Source: a virus
Lineage: Duplodnaviria > Caudoviricetes
Virus record (IMG/VR): IMGVR_UViG_2791355104_000001
Reading direction: 5' to 3' (one strand)
Length of the DNA stretch: 64,000 bases
This document shows positions 1 to 8,625 of this stretch, piece by piece. The notes beneath the pieces were generated by a model. The model did not search any database and was not told where the DNA came from. It saw nothing but the letters and a program-made list of their open reading frames with translations. The number at the start of each line of letters is the position of its first letter. The first letter of the stretch is position 1. A program made the position numbers and the translations under genes.

Positions 1-1
1 T

Positions 2-466
2 GCGGCATCGAACATTACTAAGCTAGCAGAGCAGGGGCGTAAAGTTGAAAGGGCGCGAGTCCAGAAGAAAAAGCAGGCATTGAAAACGAAATCTGAGCAC
101 TTGAAAGAATGCCAGGTAGCGTTTAACCGCTTTATCAGGCTTCGAGACGAGGGTGAGCCTTGCATAAGCTGCGGAAGATATCACCAAGGCCAGTACCACG
201 CGGGCCACTACAGAAGCGTAGGCAGCGCGCCGGAATTGCGGTTTGAAGAGCTAAATTGCCATTTGCAATGCACCCCCTGCAATAACCATTTATCCGGCAA
301 CCTAATCAAGTACCGGGTAAACCTGATTAAGAAGCTAGGAATCGAAAAAGTAGAATGGCTGGAAGGCAATCACCCGCCAAAACATTACCAAGTGTCCGAA
401 ATAATCGAATTAAAAGCACATTATCGCAAGCTTTGCCGCGATATCGAAAAACAGCAAGCGGCATAA
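2..466 (+). CDS. ninG: NinG/Rap-family recombination endonuclease (5' partial; frame is open to the window edge)
   Basis: CISCGR...HAGHYRSVGSAPELRFEELNCHLQCTPCN motif; no stop codon in frame from position 2 to the listed TTG at 80. Confidence 0.9.
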   Translation, partial: AASNITKLAEQGRKVERARVQKKKQALKTKSEHLKECQVAFNRFIRLRDEGEPCISCGRYHQGQYHAGHYRSVGSAPELRFEELNCHLQCTPCNNHLSGNLIKYRVNLIKKLGIEKVEWLEGNHPPKHYQVSEIIELKAHYRKLCRDIEKQQAA

Positions 467-481
467 CGCCCGGGAAGCAGT

Positions 482-769
482 ATGAGTCAATCAGTAGAAT
501 TTAACTATCAAACACCATACATCCCGCGCGGCGGCTTAATCATAAGATACGCCAGGACCGAAAGAGGCTACAGCATGATAGAATATGCAGCTAAATTCGG
601 AATAGCAGTGAACACGCTTGGCAGGTATGAGCGGGGCGAGACAGAGCCTAGCTTTTTCACGGTAATGTCAATATTAAAAGACTTGCAGATCGACTTAGTA
701 GAGGCTTATGAAAATGTTAGACAGCAAAGCAAGCCGGACGATAAAAGAAACCCGCGCAGAGCTGCGTGA
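482..769 (+). CDS. XRE-family helix-turn-helix protein
   Basis: IRYARTERGYSMIEYAAKFGIAVNTLGRYERGETEP is a typical XRE HTH. Confidence 0.8.
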   Translation: MSQSVEFNYQTPYIPRGGLIIRYARTERGYSMIEYAAKFGIAVNTLGRYERGETEPSFFTVMSILKDLQIDLVEAYENVRQQSKPDDKRNPRRAA

Positions 770-1145
770 ATGGGGTAGATTTTGGCAGCGGTATGGTACT
801 GAAATAAGTTCCGGAGGAAGTTTGTTTGCTGCTTTCGTAACGCGGATGCAAAAGAGCAACCCGAAGTTTCACCGACGCGCGAGGGTCGGGCAGAAAGATT
901 TTAGGGCGCAAAAGCTGGAAGGCGTAGAGCGTCCGGTCACTGCTACATGCTCGCCTACTCATTCGCCAATACTGCCACAGAACAAAGAAGTATTTGTTCC
1001 CTGGAGTCTGCAAGGTATTGATGACTTTATCGAATCAATGCAAACTGAATGTTCAGAGGCACTTAAGCAGCGATACATAAAAGATGACCGTAATTTTCGT
1101 AGTATCTGGCTGGATAGGGCTGAGAAGTTGGTAATGTACAGATAA
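708..1145 (+). CDS. Hypothetical protein, possibly a late antiterminator (Q-like)
   Basis: Lies between nin and lysis genes; ELREWGRFW resembles the N-terminus of Q-type proteins. Start codon uncertain. Confidence 0.4.
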   Translation: MKMLDSKASRTIKETRAELREWGRFWQRYGTEISSGGSLFAAFVTRMQKSNPKFHRRARVGQKDFRAQKLEGVERPVTATCSPTHSPILPQNKEVFVPWSLQGIDDFIESMQTECSEALKQRYIKDDRNFRSIWLDRAEKLVMYR

Positions 1146-1164
1146 AACCGAAAAGGAAACTCAC

Positions 1165-1806
1165 TTGAAGAACGGACTATATAAATTACTAGCACTTATA
1201 GGAATTCCCGCAGCCTTTGTTCTCGGCTACCACGTAGGGAGGGTGGACAGGTTTTCGTGGGTAACACTGTCTGATTTATCTGACCTTGGTGGTTTACTGG
1301 CGGGGCTTGCGGGCGTTGCTTTGGCGATTTTTGGTTTTGATGGGATCGACGCTTGGAAGAAATCCCTGAAAGCAGGCCAAATCACAAGGGTAGTGGATGA
1401 AGCAAGTAAGTTACTGGAAGAGGTTGTGGGTTCTGGGTTCGCAGAGTTCATATCTGAAGCTACATACCATAAGACACCTCTCAATCCTAAGGATGGCATG
1501 AGGGCAACTATACTTGAACAAAAAGAACGTGCTAGGTCACATTGGAAAAATGTTAAGTATCAGTACGACCAGCAGCGCAGCCAATACAATTTATTGACCA
1601 GTCGCCTCTCTGCTTTAACCGGGGAAAGCCTTCCTGAAAAGGCAGCATCTGAGAGTGTAGCAGCAAGTATTAGTGAGGTTAAAAAAAGAGCGCTTGCGAG
1701 AAATATGAATGACGCATTAGCGCCCCTAAACTTGCAAGAAGAGCAAAAGAAAATAATTGCTGATGCGGGAGAAGGGCTCTTCTATTTTTATCCGTTTAAC
1801 CGTTAA
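1165..1806 (+). CDS. Membrane-anchored hypothetical protein (moron between Q-like gene and lysis genes)
   Basis: 213-aa ORF with two N-terminal hydrophobic segments, then a charged helical region. Confidence 0.65.
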   Translation: MKNGLYKLLALIGIPAAFVLGYHVGRVDRFSWVTLSDLSDLGGLLAGLAGVALAIFGFDGIDAWKKSLKAGQITRVVDEASKLLEEVVGSGFAEFISEATYHKTPLNPKDGMRATILEQKERARSHWKNVKYQYDQQRSQYNLLTSRLSALTGESLPEKAASESVAASISEVKKRALARNMNDALAPLNLQEEQKKIIADAGEGLFYFYPFNR

Positions 1807-1885
1807 TTAATTCAAACACCAGATATGGGTTTTTTATATCCCTTAAATTACCGTAAAATATTCTAAAGTCGCAGAAATTGCGTAG

Positions 1886-1914
1886 AGCCCTGACCTGACC
1901 GTCGGGGCTTTTTT
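1886..1914 (+). terminator. Rho-independent terminator upstream of lysis genes (tR'-like position)
   Basis: AGCCCTGAC-CTGACC-GTCGGGGCT stem-loop (one G:U pair) followed by a T-run. Confidence 0.7.
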
Positions 1915-1986
1915 GTTGGCTCTCCGTGCTTACCCAAAGCACATTCCACACCTCGCCCTGCACAGGGGCACCTAATTAGAATATTT

Positions 1987-2424
1987 ATGTATCCATATAG
2001 CAAAACATCACAAAGCAGGCTCGAAACCTGCCATGCCGATATCCAATTGATATGGGCTGAGTTAGCCAAATACATAAATTGCTCAGTGTTCTGTGGCCAC
2101 CGAAATGAAGCCGACCAGAACAGGGCGTATAGAGATGGGAAAAGCCAACTCAAGTGGCCTGACTCAAAGCACAACACATTACCCAGTTTGGCAATCGATA
2201 GCGGCCCGTACTTCCCGGACAAGAAAAACACTGACTGGGATGATCACATGGCGTTCGCGGTATTCGCTGGATTTGTGCAGTGTGTCGCAAGACAGCTTTA
2301 CGCGGAAGGAAAGATAACGCACCTGGTACGGTGGGGCGGTGATTGGGATATGGACGGACAAACGTTAGATCAGAAGTTCAATGATCTTCCTCACTTCGAA
2401 TTGTATAAGCCGAGTAAGTCATGA
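1987..2424 (+). CDS. Endolysin, M15-family (L-Ala-D-Glu type) peptidase
   Basis: CGHRNEADQ...SKHN...AID...WGGDW...DLPHFEL motifs of M15 phage endolysins. Confidence 0.9.
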   Translation: MYPYSKTSQSRLETCHADIQLIWAELAKYINCSVFCGHRNEADQNRAYRDGKSQLKWPDSKHNTLPSLAIDSGPYFPDKKNTDWDDHMAFAVFAGFVQCVARQLYAEGKITHLVRWGGDWDMDGQTLDQKFNDLPHFELYKPSKS

Positions 2425-2657
2425 ATCTTCTAAAGCGATTTATCGATATCGTCGTTCCTAGATTCATTGAAGAATGGGTGGCGCTCAAAGAAGTAAACGA
2501 ACATCTGGTGCCAGTATGTTGTATCGATGACGTTAAAGAGCATGAGTACTTCAAGTGGATGGCTAAATCCCGAGGGTTTAATTTATTCGGCGCAATGCTC
2601 TTCCCTCAATTTGGTGAGCCCGTTCCATTTGTCAAAAGCGCGAAGGTTAAATCATGA
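2421..2657 (+). CDS. Hypothetical protein in lysis cassette
   Basis: ATGA-coupled to both neighbours. Confidence 0.6.
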   Translation: MNLLKRFIDIVVPRFIEEWVALKEVNEHLVPVCCIDDVKEHEYFKWMAKSRGFNLFGAMLFPQFGEPVPFVKSAKVKS

Positions 2658-3175
2658 ATTGGTCAGACGTTGGCGGATGGTTAAAAGAGAATGCTGGCTC
2701 AAGTGCTACGCTTGTCGGTTCACTTCTAACAGGTAACGCACCTGCCGCTATTGCTGCTGGCGTTGCAATGGTAAAGAGCGCTACGGGTTCAGATACCCCA
2801 GATGACGTACTCGCATCATTTCAGAACAACCCGCAAACAGTTGTAGAACTAAAGCGTATTGCTCACGAAGAACAGAAAAGCATTCGCGACCACTTAGCAG
2901 AAATGGAGCGGCTAAAGCTCAATGATGCGCAAGCAGCTCACGCCACAACACAAGCAACTATTCAGAACGGCGATAACTCAGACAAATGGTATGTCGCTGC
3001 AACTCGGCCTGGCCAATCGTGGGTATCGCTCATAGCTGCTATCGTCTACGTATTCTACGATAAGTCGCCTGACGCAACTATCCTCATTCTGCTACTAACA
3101 CTACCGTGGACATACGCAGGACTCAGACAGGTCGGTAAGGGTATTAATGCCGTTGTTACAAAAGCAAAAACCTAA
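2654..3175 (+). CDS. Holin-like membrane protein (3TM/GTA-holin type)
   Basis: Amphipathic N-terminus, two C-terminal hydrophobic segments, directly after the endolysin. Confidence 0.6.
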   Translation: MNWSDVGGWLKENAGSSATLVGSLLTGNAPAAIAAGVAMVKSATGSDTPDDVLASFQNNPQTVVELKRIAHEEQKSIRDHLAEMERLKLNDAQAAHATTQATIQNGDNSDKWYVAATRPGQSWVSLIAAIVYVFYDKSPDATILILLLTLPWTYAGLRQVGKGINAVVTKAKT

Positions 3176-3206
3176 TCATCCGCATTCAAAGTTCAAAGGC
3201 TAAACG

Positions 3207-3551
3207 ATGGACAAAATGACATTAACAATAGTGCTATCCATCGTCACGCTGCTTGTGAGTATTATTCAAGCCGCTTTCTGGTTTTGGGTAAACAGCATTA
3301 AAGAGCAAAACAAGTTACTGAACTCATCGGTAACGGAGCTAACCAGATCGCTCAACAAGACTTCAATGGAGTTTGACCGCGCATTAGCTGAGTACCAACT
3401 GTATGTAGCAAACAACTTCGTTAAACAGATACAGCTCGATGCCCACATGGACAGGATAGATAAGAACCTGGACGAGATTAAGAAAATGATTGAGCGCCTG
3501 CACGACAGAAACAACAACACTCACATCGTTACTCCTTTGGGTAGAGACTGA
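3207..3551 (+). CDS. Single-TM coiled-coil protein (holin/XhlA-like lysis accessory)
   Basis: N-terminal TM TIVLSIVTLLVSIIQAAFWFW followed by a heptad-like helix. Confidence 0.55.
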   Translation: MDKMTLTIVLSIVTLLVSIIQAAFWFWVNSIKEQNKLLNSSVTELTRSLNKTSMEFDRALAEYQLYVANNFVKQIQLDAHMDRIDKNLDEIKKMIERLHDRNNNTHIVTPLGRD

Positions 3552-3563
3552 TACTTCACTATT

Positions 3564-4175
3564 ATGCAGGTCTCATTCAAGCACGACATCGCATCGCTCA
3601 CGCAAGACCTTAAACGAATCAAAGAAAGCGCGATACCCAAGGCAACAGTTCAAGCACTCAACAGAACGGCTACCGGTGTAAGGACGGATGCTGGTAAGGC
3701 GATAAGTAAAGAGACAGGAATCAAAGTCTCAGATGTAAGGAAAGAGCTTAAAGTCTGGAAGGCCACCAAAGCCAAACTCAAGGCAGAGGTCAATGCCCGT
3801 ACAGGTAGTGCCACTAACTTAATCAAGTTTGTTACCGCAGCCAATCAAAAGCCTAACCACTTCAATAGCCGCCGCAAACTCAAAAGCGGTAAGCGTGGTA
3901 AGTACAAAGCCAAGGGCGTGAAAGCAAAAGCCTGGGGTAAGTCCAAGACCTACGAGGGCACGTTCATAGGTAAGGGCAGAACAAGCGGTAAGCTCCTAGT
4001 GTTCACCCGCACATCAGATAAGAGAACACCACTTAAGTCTGTGTTAGGCCCGTCGATTAGAAACACATTCGATAGTCAGCCAATGCAGAAGCTACTACAG
4101 AAGTCAGCGTCCATACGATTCAATAAAGACATGGCAGCGGCTGTGAAGAATCAGATTCGACTTGCAACAAAGTGA
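3564..4175 (+). CDS. Minor tail protein Z-like (tail completion) protein
   Basis: Basic protein with the ALNRTATGVRT...IRKE-like pattern of the gpZ family. Confidence 0.6.
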   Translation: MQVSFKHDIASLTQDLKRIKESAIPKATVQALNRTATGVRTDAGKAISKETGIKVSDVRKELKVWKATKAKLKAEVNARTGSATNLIKFVTAANQKPNHFNSRRKLKSGKRGKYKAKGVKAKAWGKSKTYEGTFIGKGRTSGKLLVFTRTSDKRTPLKSVLGPSIRNTFDSQPMQKLLQKSASIRFNKDMAAAVKNQIRLATK

Positions 4176-4241
4176 CGGGGCGCACCGAAATGGCGCGGGT
4201 TGTCAGCTTTCTTTGCAGTGTCAATATTCTTTACAAGAAAA

Positions 4242-4304
4242 AGGTACTTCCCAGCAAATCAAGGGCTTACGGGTACGCAGCAGCGCAAGGTTTGGCTATT
4301 TATG
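4242..4304 (+). other. Lambda-type cos site (cosQ-like 4242-4248; predicted 12-nt cohesive end GGTACGCAGCAG 4272-4283)
   Basis: AGGTACT...TTACG-[12 nt]-CGCAAGGTTTGGCTATTTATG aligns without gaps to lambda GGGTCCT...TTACG-GGGCGGCGACCT-CGCGGGTTTTCGCTATTTATG (lambda sequence from memory); directly upstream of the small terminase. Confidence 0.85.
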
Positions 4305-4365
4305 AGTCATTTTGAGTCGAAGTTGTTTTGTTATCCACTCTGAAACACACAAATAGAACACCGTT

Positions 4366-4881
4366 ATGGAAACTTATTTACTGAACAAAAAGACCATGGC
4401 GGAGTCTTGCGGCATCTCAACGCAAGCCTTTGATAAATGGGGCGTGAAGCCATATCGTAAAGATGGAAGACAGCAGCTTTATCGGGTTCAAGATGTCATT
4501 GAAAACAGGATAGAAAAAGAGCTTAAGAAAAACAACAACCGAGTTAACCACGGCGGCGAAACTATCGATGTTGAGCTAGAGCGAGCCTTACTCACTCAAC
4601 AGCAGCGCATCACGCAAGAAATCAAAAACGAGATTTTAGAAGGTCGGGCAATTCCTGTTGAAGCGGCCAGGGACATTTTAGCCAAAATTTTATCGCAGGT
4701 TGGTGCAACGCTGGACTCACTGGCACCAAACATTAAGCGACGTCATCCCGAGATAGAACAGCGCATTATCGACTTTATCAAATCAGAGACGATCAAGCAT
4801 CAGAATGAGGCGGCTAACCTCGACAATCACTTAGACGAAATCATTGATGAAGTTATCACCCAGGCAGAGGCGAAAATTTAA
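4366..4881 (+). CDS. Terminase small subunit (Nu1-like)
   Basis: N-terminal wHTH NKKTMAESCGISTQAFDKW, coiled coil, position after cos. Confidence 0.88.
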   Translation: METYLLNKKTMAESCGISTQAFDKWGVKPYRKDGRQQLYRVQDVIENRIEKELKKNNNRVNHGGETIDVELERALLTQQQRITQEIKNEILEGRAIPVEAARDILAKILSQVGATLDSLAPNIKRRHPEIEQRIIDFIKSETIKHQNEAANLDNHLDEIIDEVITQAEAKI

Positions 4882-6796
4882 AAAAGCGCTTTGCGAGGGT
4901 GCCCGTGTACTTTATCGAGAGCCACCGCTTACTGGTGTTGAATGGGCTGATGCTCATTACTACATGTCTCCAGAATCTTCATACATTGAAGGCCCTTGGA
5001 AGACGGCTCCAAGTCAGATTGCCATTCTCAACTCGATGTGCAATGACGACATCAGAGAAGTCAACTGGTTAAAGTCGGCGCGGGTTGGTTATACCAAACT
5101 TATCTGCGCCGCCATTGCTTACTTCATTGAGCATAAAAAAAGAAACGTCGGAGTCTGGCAACCCGATGATGGTGCAAGGGATGGTTTCAGTAAAAAGCAT
5201 ATCGACCCGATGCTTCGGGATGTTGACCCACTACGAGCCATATTTCCTTACCTAAACAAAAAGAGCAAACAAAACACCATCGAGAACAAAGCCTTCGTCA
5301 ATAGGCGCGAATTGTTCTTGATGGGCGGCAAGGCTGCGAAGAACTACCGCGAAAAATCACTGGACGTCTCTATCTACGACGAGCTGTCGAAGTTTGATCG
5401 GGATGTAGAAGGTGAAGGCTCGCCAACGTTCTTAGGTGATAAGCGCCTTGAAGGTTCAGCTTTTGGTAAATCAATTCGGGGATCCAGCCCCACAGTAAAA
5501 GGCGAATGCCAAATTACCGAAGCGGCCGACGAATCAGAGCAGGAATTTCGGCGTCACATCCCTTGCTGTAAATGCGGGGCACACCAAGAGCTTATTTTTG
5601 GCGGTAAGGATGCCAGTCACGGTCTTGAGTGGAATAAAGAACTTGAAGGTTCAGAACGAGCCAGATCAGCAAGATATCGCTGCGTAAGTTGTGATGACAC
5701 ATTCACATACGCCGATTTTATCGAAGCGGATAAGCAAGGGTATTGGCTGAGTAATAACGGTTTGGCCACTATTGATGGCATTACCTATTACCACCGTGAC
5801 GATTTCCCTGAGAAAAAGCGGATAGCGCCCACGCCAGAATCAGTGACGTGGATCCTTAATTCACTTTACTCAAACTTCTCGCCTTGGTCTCGCATTATCA
5901 CCGATTGGTACAAGGCGCAGGGCAACCCGATGAAGCTCAAGTCGTTTATCAACACGACATTGGGTGAAGCATTTGAAGAACTAGAGCGGGTGAAAACAGA
6001 GCCTGAGCATCTTCTTGCTCGCCGCGAACACTACAATGCGGAAGTGCCAGACCGAGTAGGATTTATCACCGTGGGTGGTGATATGCAAGATCACTGGGCT
6101 GAATTTACCGTTAAAGGCTGGGCTGCTGGCGAAGAAAGTTTTGTTATCGACCAGTTTGAGGTTCACGGCGATCCATCCACGCCGGACTTCTGGGACATGT
6201 TAGAAAAGCCGCTACGAAAATCGTACACCAAAGCGAACGGGCAAGTAATGAATTGGGCGACGGGAGTATTTGACTCCGGTGGCCACTATACCGATGAGGT
6301 TTATAAATTCACCAAGCGCTTTGGTGTGATGCGACTATTCCCCGGCAAGGGCGCGAGTGAATACGGCAAGCCTATCGCGACGAAACCTAAAAAGAAAAAT
6401 TCACACGGCGTCTACCTGGTAATGGTCGGCACCGACAATGCCAAAGATATGATTTACGACAGGGTGTGTATCGTTCCTAGCGATCCCACTGTTCCTCACC
6501 CTGGCAGCATGCACTTTCCGATGAAAGAGTGGTGCGACATTTCATTCTTCAACCAACTTCTAGCTGAAGTGAAGAAGCCCCTGATTGTGAAGGGGCAAAA
6601 AACGTATCGATGGGTTAACCCGCCAGGCAAGCGGAACGAGAAGTTGGATTGCGAAGTTTACAACCTTGCAGCGCTTCGTATCGCGCAACAGTATTTTGGG
6701 CTAAATCTTGACACCCTAATTCCTCAATATGAAGAAAGCGCAAGCAAATCACCCAGTATTTCAGATATAGGCAGATTACTAAATGGCAACAGTTGA
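4844..6796 (+). CDS. Terminase large subunit (lambda gpA family)
   Basis: KSARVGYTK Walker A, YDELSKF Walker B, FINTTLGE, DSGGH and NEKLDCEVY nuclease motifs. Confidence 0.96.
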   Translation: MMKLSPRQRRKFKKALCEGARVLYREPPLTGVEWADAHYYMSPESSYIEGPWKTAPSQIAILNSMCNDDIREVNWLKSARVGYTKLICAAIAYFIEHKKRNVGVWQPDDGARDGFSKKHIDPMLRDVDPLRAIFPYLNKKSKQNTIENKAFVNRRELFLMGGKAAKNYREKSLDVSIYDELSKFDRDVEGEGSPTFLGDKRLEGSAFGKSIRGSSPTVKGECQITEAADESEQEFRRHIPCCKCGAHQELIFGGKDASHGLEWNKELEGSERARSARYRCVSCDDTFTYADFIEADKQGYWLSNNGLATIDGITYYHRDDFPEKKRIAPTPESVTWILNSLYSNFSPWSRIITDWYKAQGNPMKLKSFINTTLGEAFEELERVKTEPEHLLARREHYNAEVPDRVGFITVGGDMQDHWAEFTVKGWAAGEESFVIDQFEVHGDPSTPDFWDMLEKPLRKSYTKANGQVMNWATGVFDSGGHYTDEVYKFTKRFGVMRLFPGKGASEYGKPIATKPKKKNSHGVYLVMVGTDNAKDMIYDRVCIVPSDPTVPHPGSMHFPMKEWCDISFFNQLLAEVKKPLIVKGQKTYRWVNPPGKRNEKLDCEVYNLAALRIAQQYFGLNLDTLIPQYEESASKSPSISDIGRLLNGNS

Positions 6797-6998
6797 ACAG
6801 ACACAGCAGTTGGCTGAAGCCAGAGCTGCGCGTCATAAGCTCATGACAGGCACCGCTGTCGTTCGAGTAAACAAGGATGGTATGTCCGTCGAATATACTC
6901 GTGCAACGCTAACGCAACTCAACGAATACATAGATGCGTTAGCACGGGTAGTTGAAGGAACTGGCCGTCGCATGCCTCCGGCAGGGGTCAGATTTTGA
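6783..6998 (+). CDS. Head-tail joining protein gpW
   Basis: LAEARAARHKLMTG...VEYT...RRMP; position between terminase and portal. Confidence 0.9.
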   Translation: MATVEQTQQLAEARAARHKLMTGTAVVRVNKDGMSVEYTRATLTQLNEYIDALARVVEGTGRRMPPAGVRF

Positions 6999-8608
6999 AA
7001 GATGTTAAAATACTAGATCAGAACGGCCAGCCTATGGCGTCTGCGTTTCGTGGTGCGTCAGGTGGGTTTGGCAATCAACTCTCCGATTGGATGCCTACGC
7101 TAAAAACAGCTGACGCCGGTATACTTCCCGACCTGCAAATGGGAAGTGCCCGCGCTGATGATCTGGTAAAGAATCATGGCTATGCGAGCGGGGCAGTACA
7201 GCTGCATGTTGATAATATTGTTGGTTCGCATTTCCGATTGAGCTACAAGCCTAACTGGCGGTCTTTAGGAATATCCGAACAAGACTCACGCGCAATGGCC
7301 GCTGATGTTGAATCTGCATGGAAAGAGCATGCGGAAGATCCGGTTGGCTGCTATCTGGATGCAGAAAGAAAGCGCACGTTCACTATGATGGCGCGGGAAG
7401 TTGTAGCCACACACGTCAACTTAGGTGAAGCGATGGCCTCGGCAGAATGGATATCCAGATCCGGAAGCCTCTTTAAAACTGCAATTAAGATGGTCTCCCC
7501 CAAGCGAGTATCCAACCCTCTTGGTGTACCAGACTCTGAACGGCTGCGTGGTGGCGTAGAGCAAGATCGCTACAGCTCAGCTATCGCATATCACGTTTTA
7601 AATCCTCGGTACGGTATCGGTGAATCCTTGAACGGGTTTAACTCTGGCGGCTGGCGTCGGGTACCGCGCGAAACACGCTGGGGAAGACAGCAGTTTATCC
7701 ATATTTTTGAGCCTCGCGAAGACGGCCAAACCCGAGCGGCCACACAATTTATGGCAGTCATGGAGCAATTATTCATGATTGATAAATTGCAGATGACCAA
7801 ACTGCAGAATGCTGTTGTTAGTGCTATGTATGCCGCTGTCATTGAATCTGAACTAGATTCTCAGACTGCTCACGACATGATCCTTGGTGCTTCTACTGGC
7901 GGGGGGAATGTTCAGCAGGGTTTAACTAACATGCTGGCGTTCTCTGGGCAATTCCATCAGGGCGCTAACGTAAAAATGAACGGGGTTAAAATTCCGCATC
8001 TGTTCCCTGGCGAATCCCTGAATCTTAAAACGCCCGGTAATGCCGACAATGGCTTTGCTGATTTGGAATCCGCTATCCTTCGCTACACCGCAGCCGGAAT
8101 GAATATGAGTTACGAGCAGCTCGCCCGTGACTACTCCAAAGTGAATTATTCCAGTGCCCGCGCTTCAATGATGGAGTCATGGCGCTATTTTATTGGTCGT
8201 CGGAAGGTCATTCCTGCGCGATTTGGGGCGTCCGTTTTTTCACTGTGGTTTGAAGAAGCGATACAGCGTGGATACCTCACATTGCCGCGTAAGGCAAAAT
8301 ATAACTTCTACGAACGTAAATCTGCCTGGTGTAACACGGAATGGATCGGTACTGGACGTCTTGCTATCGATGGCCTTAAAGAAGTCAAGGAAGCGGTGCT
8401 TCGCATTGAGTCTGGTTTATCTACCTATGAAAAAGAACTAGCCACCATGGGTGAAGATTATCAGGAGGTGTTTAGCCAACAGGTCAGGGAAGCTGAAGAG
8501 CGAAAAACCGCTGGGTTACCCCCGCCAAGCTGGGCTCAGGTTACACGGTTCAATGAAACCGTAGAACCAGAAGAGCAAAACCCCCAAACACAGGGAAAGG
8601 CCGCGTAA
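6995..8608 (+). CDS. Portal protein, lambda gpB family
   Basis: ARADDLVKNHGYASGAV, LARDYSKVNYSSARASM, IDGLKEVKEA motifs; 537 aa. Confidence 0.95.
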   Translation: MKDVKILDQNGQPMASAFRGASGGFGNQLSDWMPTLKTADAGILPDLQMGSARADDLVKNHGYASGAVQLHVDNIVGSHFRLSYKPNWRSLGISEQDSRAMAADVESAWKEHAEDPVGCYLDAERKRTFTMMAREVVATHVNLGEAMASAEWISRSGSLFKTAIKMVSPKRVSNPLGVPDSERLRGGVEQDRYSSAIAYHVLNPRYGIGESLNGFNSGGWRRVPRETRWGRQQFIHIFEPREDGQTRAATQFMAVMEQLFMIDKLQMTKLQNAVVSAMYAAVIESELDSQTAHDMILGASTGGGNVQQGLTNMLAFSGQFHQGANVKMNGVKIPHLFPGESLNLKTPGNADNGFADLESAILRYTAAGMNMSYEQLARDYSKVNYSSARASMMESWRYFIGRRKVIPARFGASVFSLWFEEAIQRGYLTLPRKAKYNFYERKSAWCNTEWIGTGRLAIDGLKEVKEAVLRIESGLSTYEKELATMGEDYQEVFSQQVREAEERKTAGLPPPSWAQVTRFNETVEPEEQNPQTQGKAA

Positions 8609-8625
8609 AGTGGTCTTTTATATCT

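Noticed and set aside
2421-3551. Rz/Rz1 spanin pair
   Set aside because: No nested lipoprotein signal (lipobox) found; not called.
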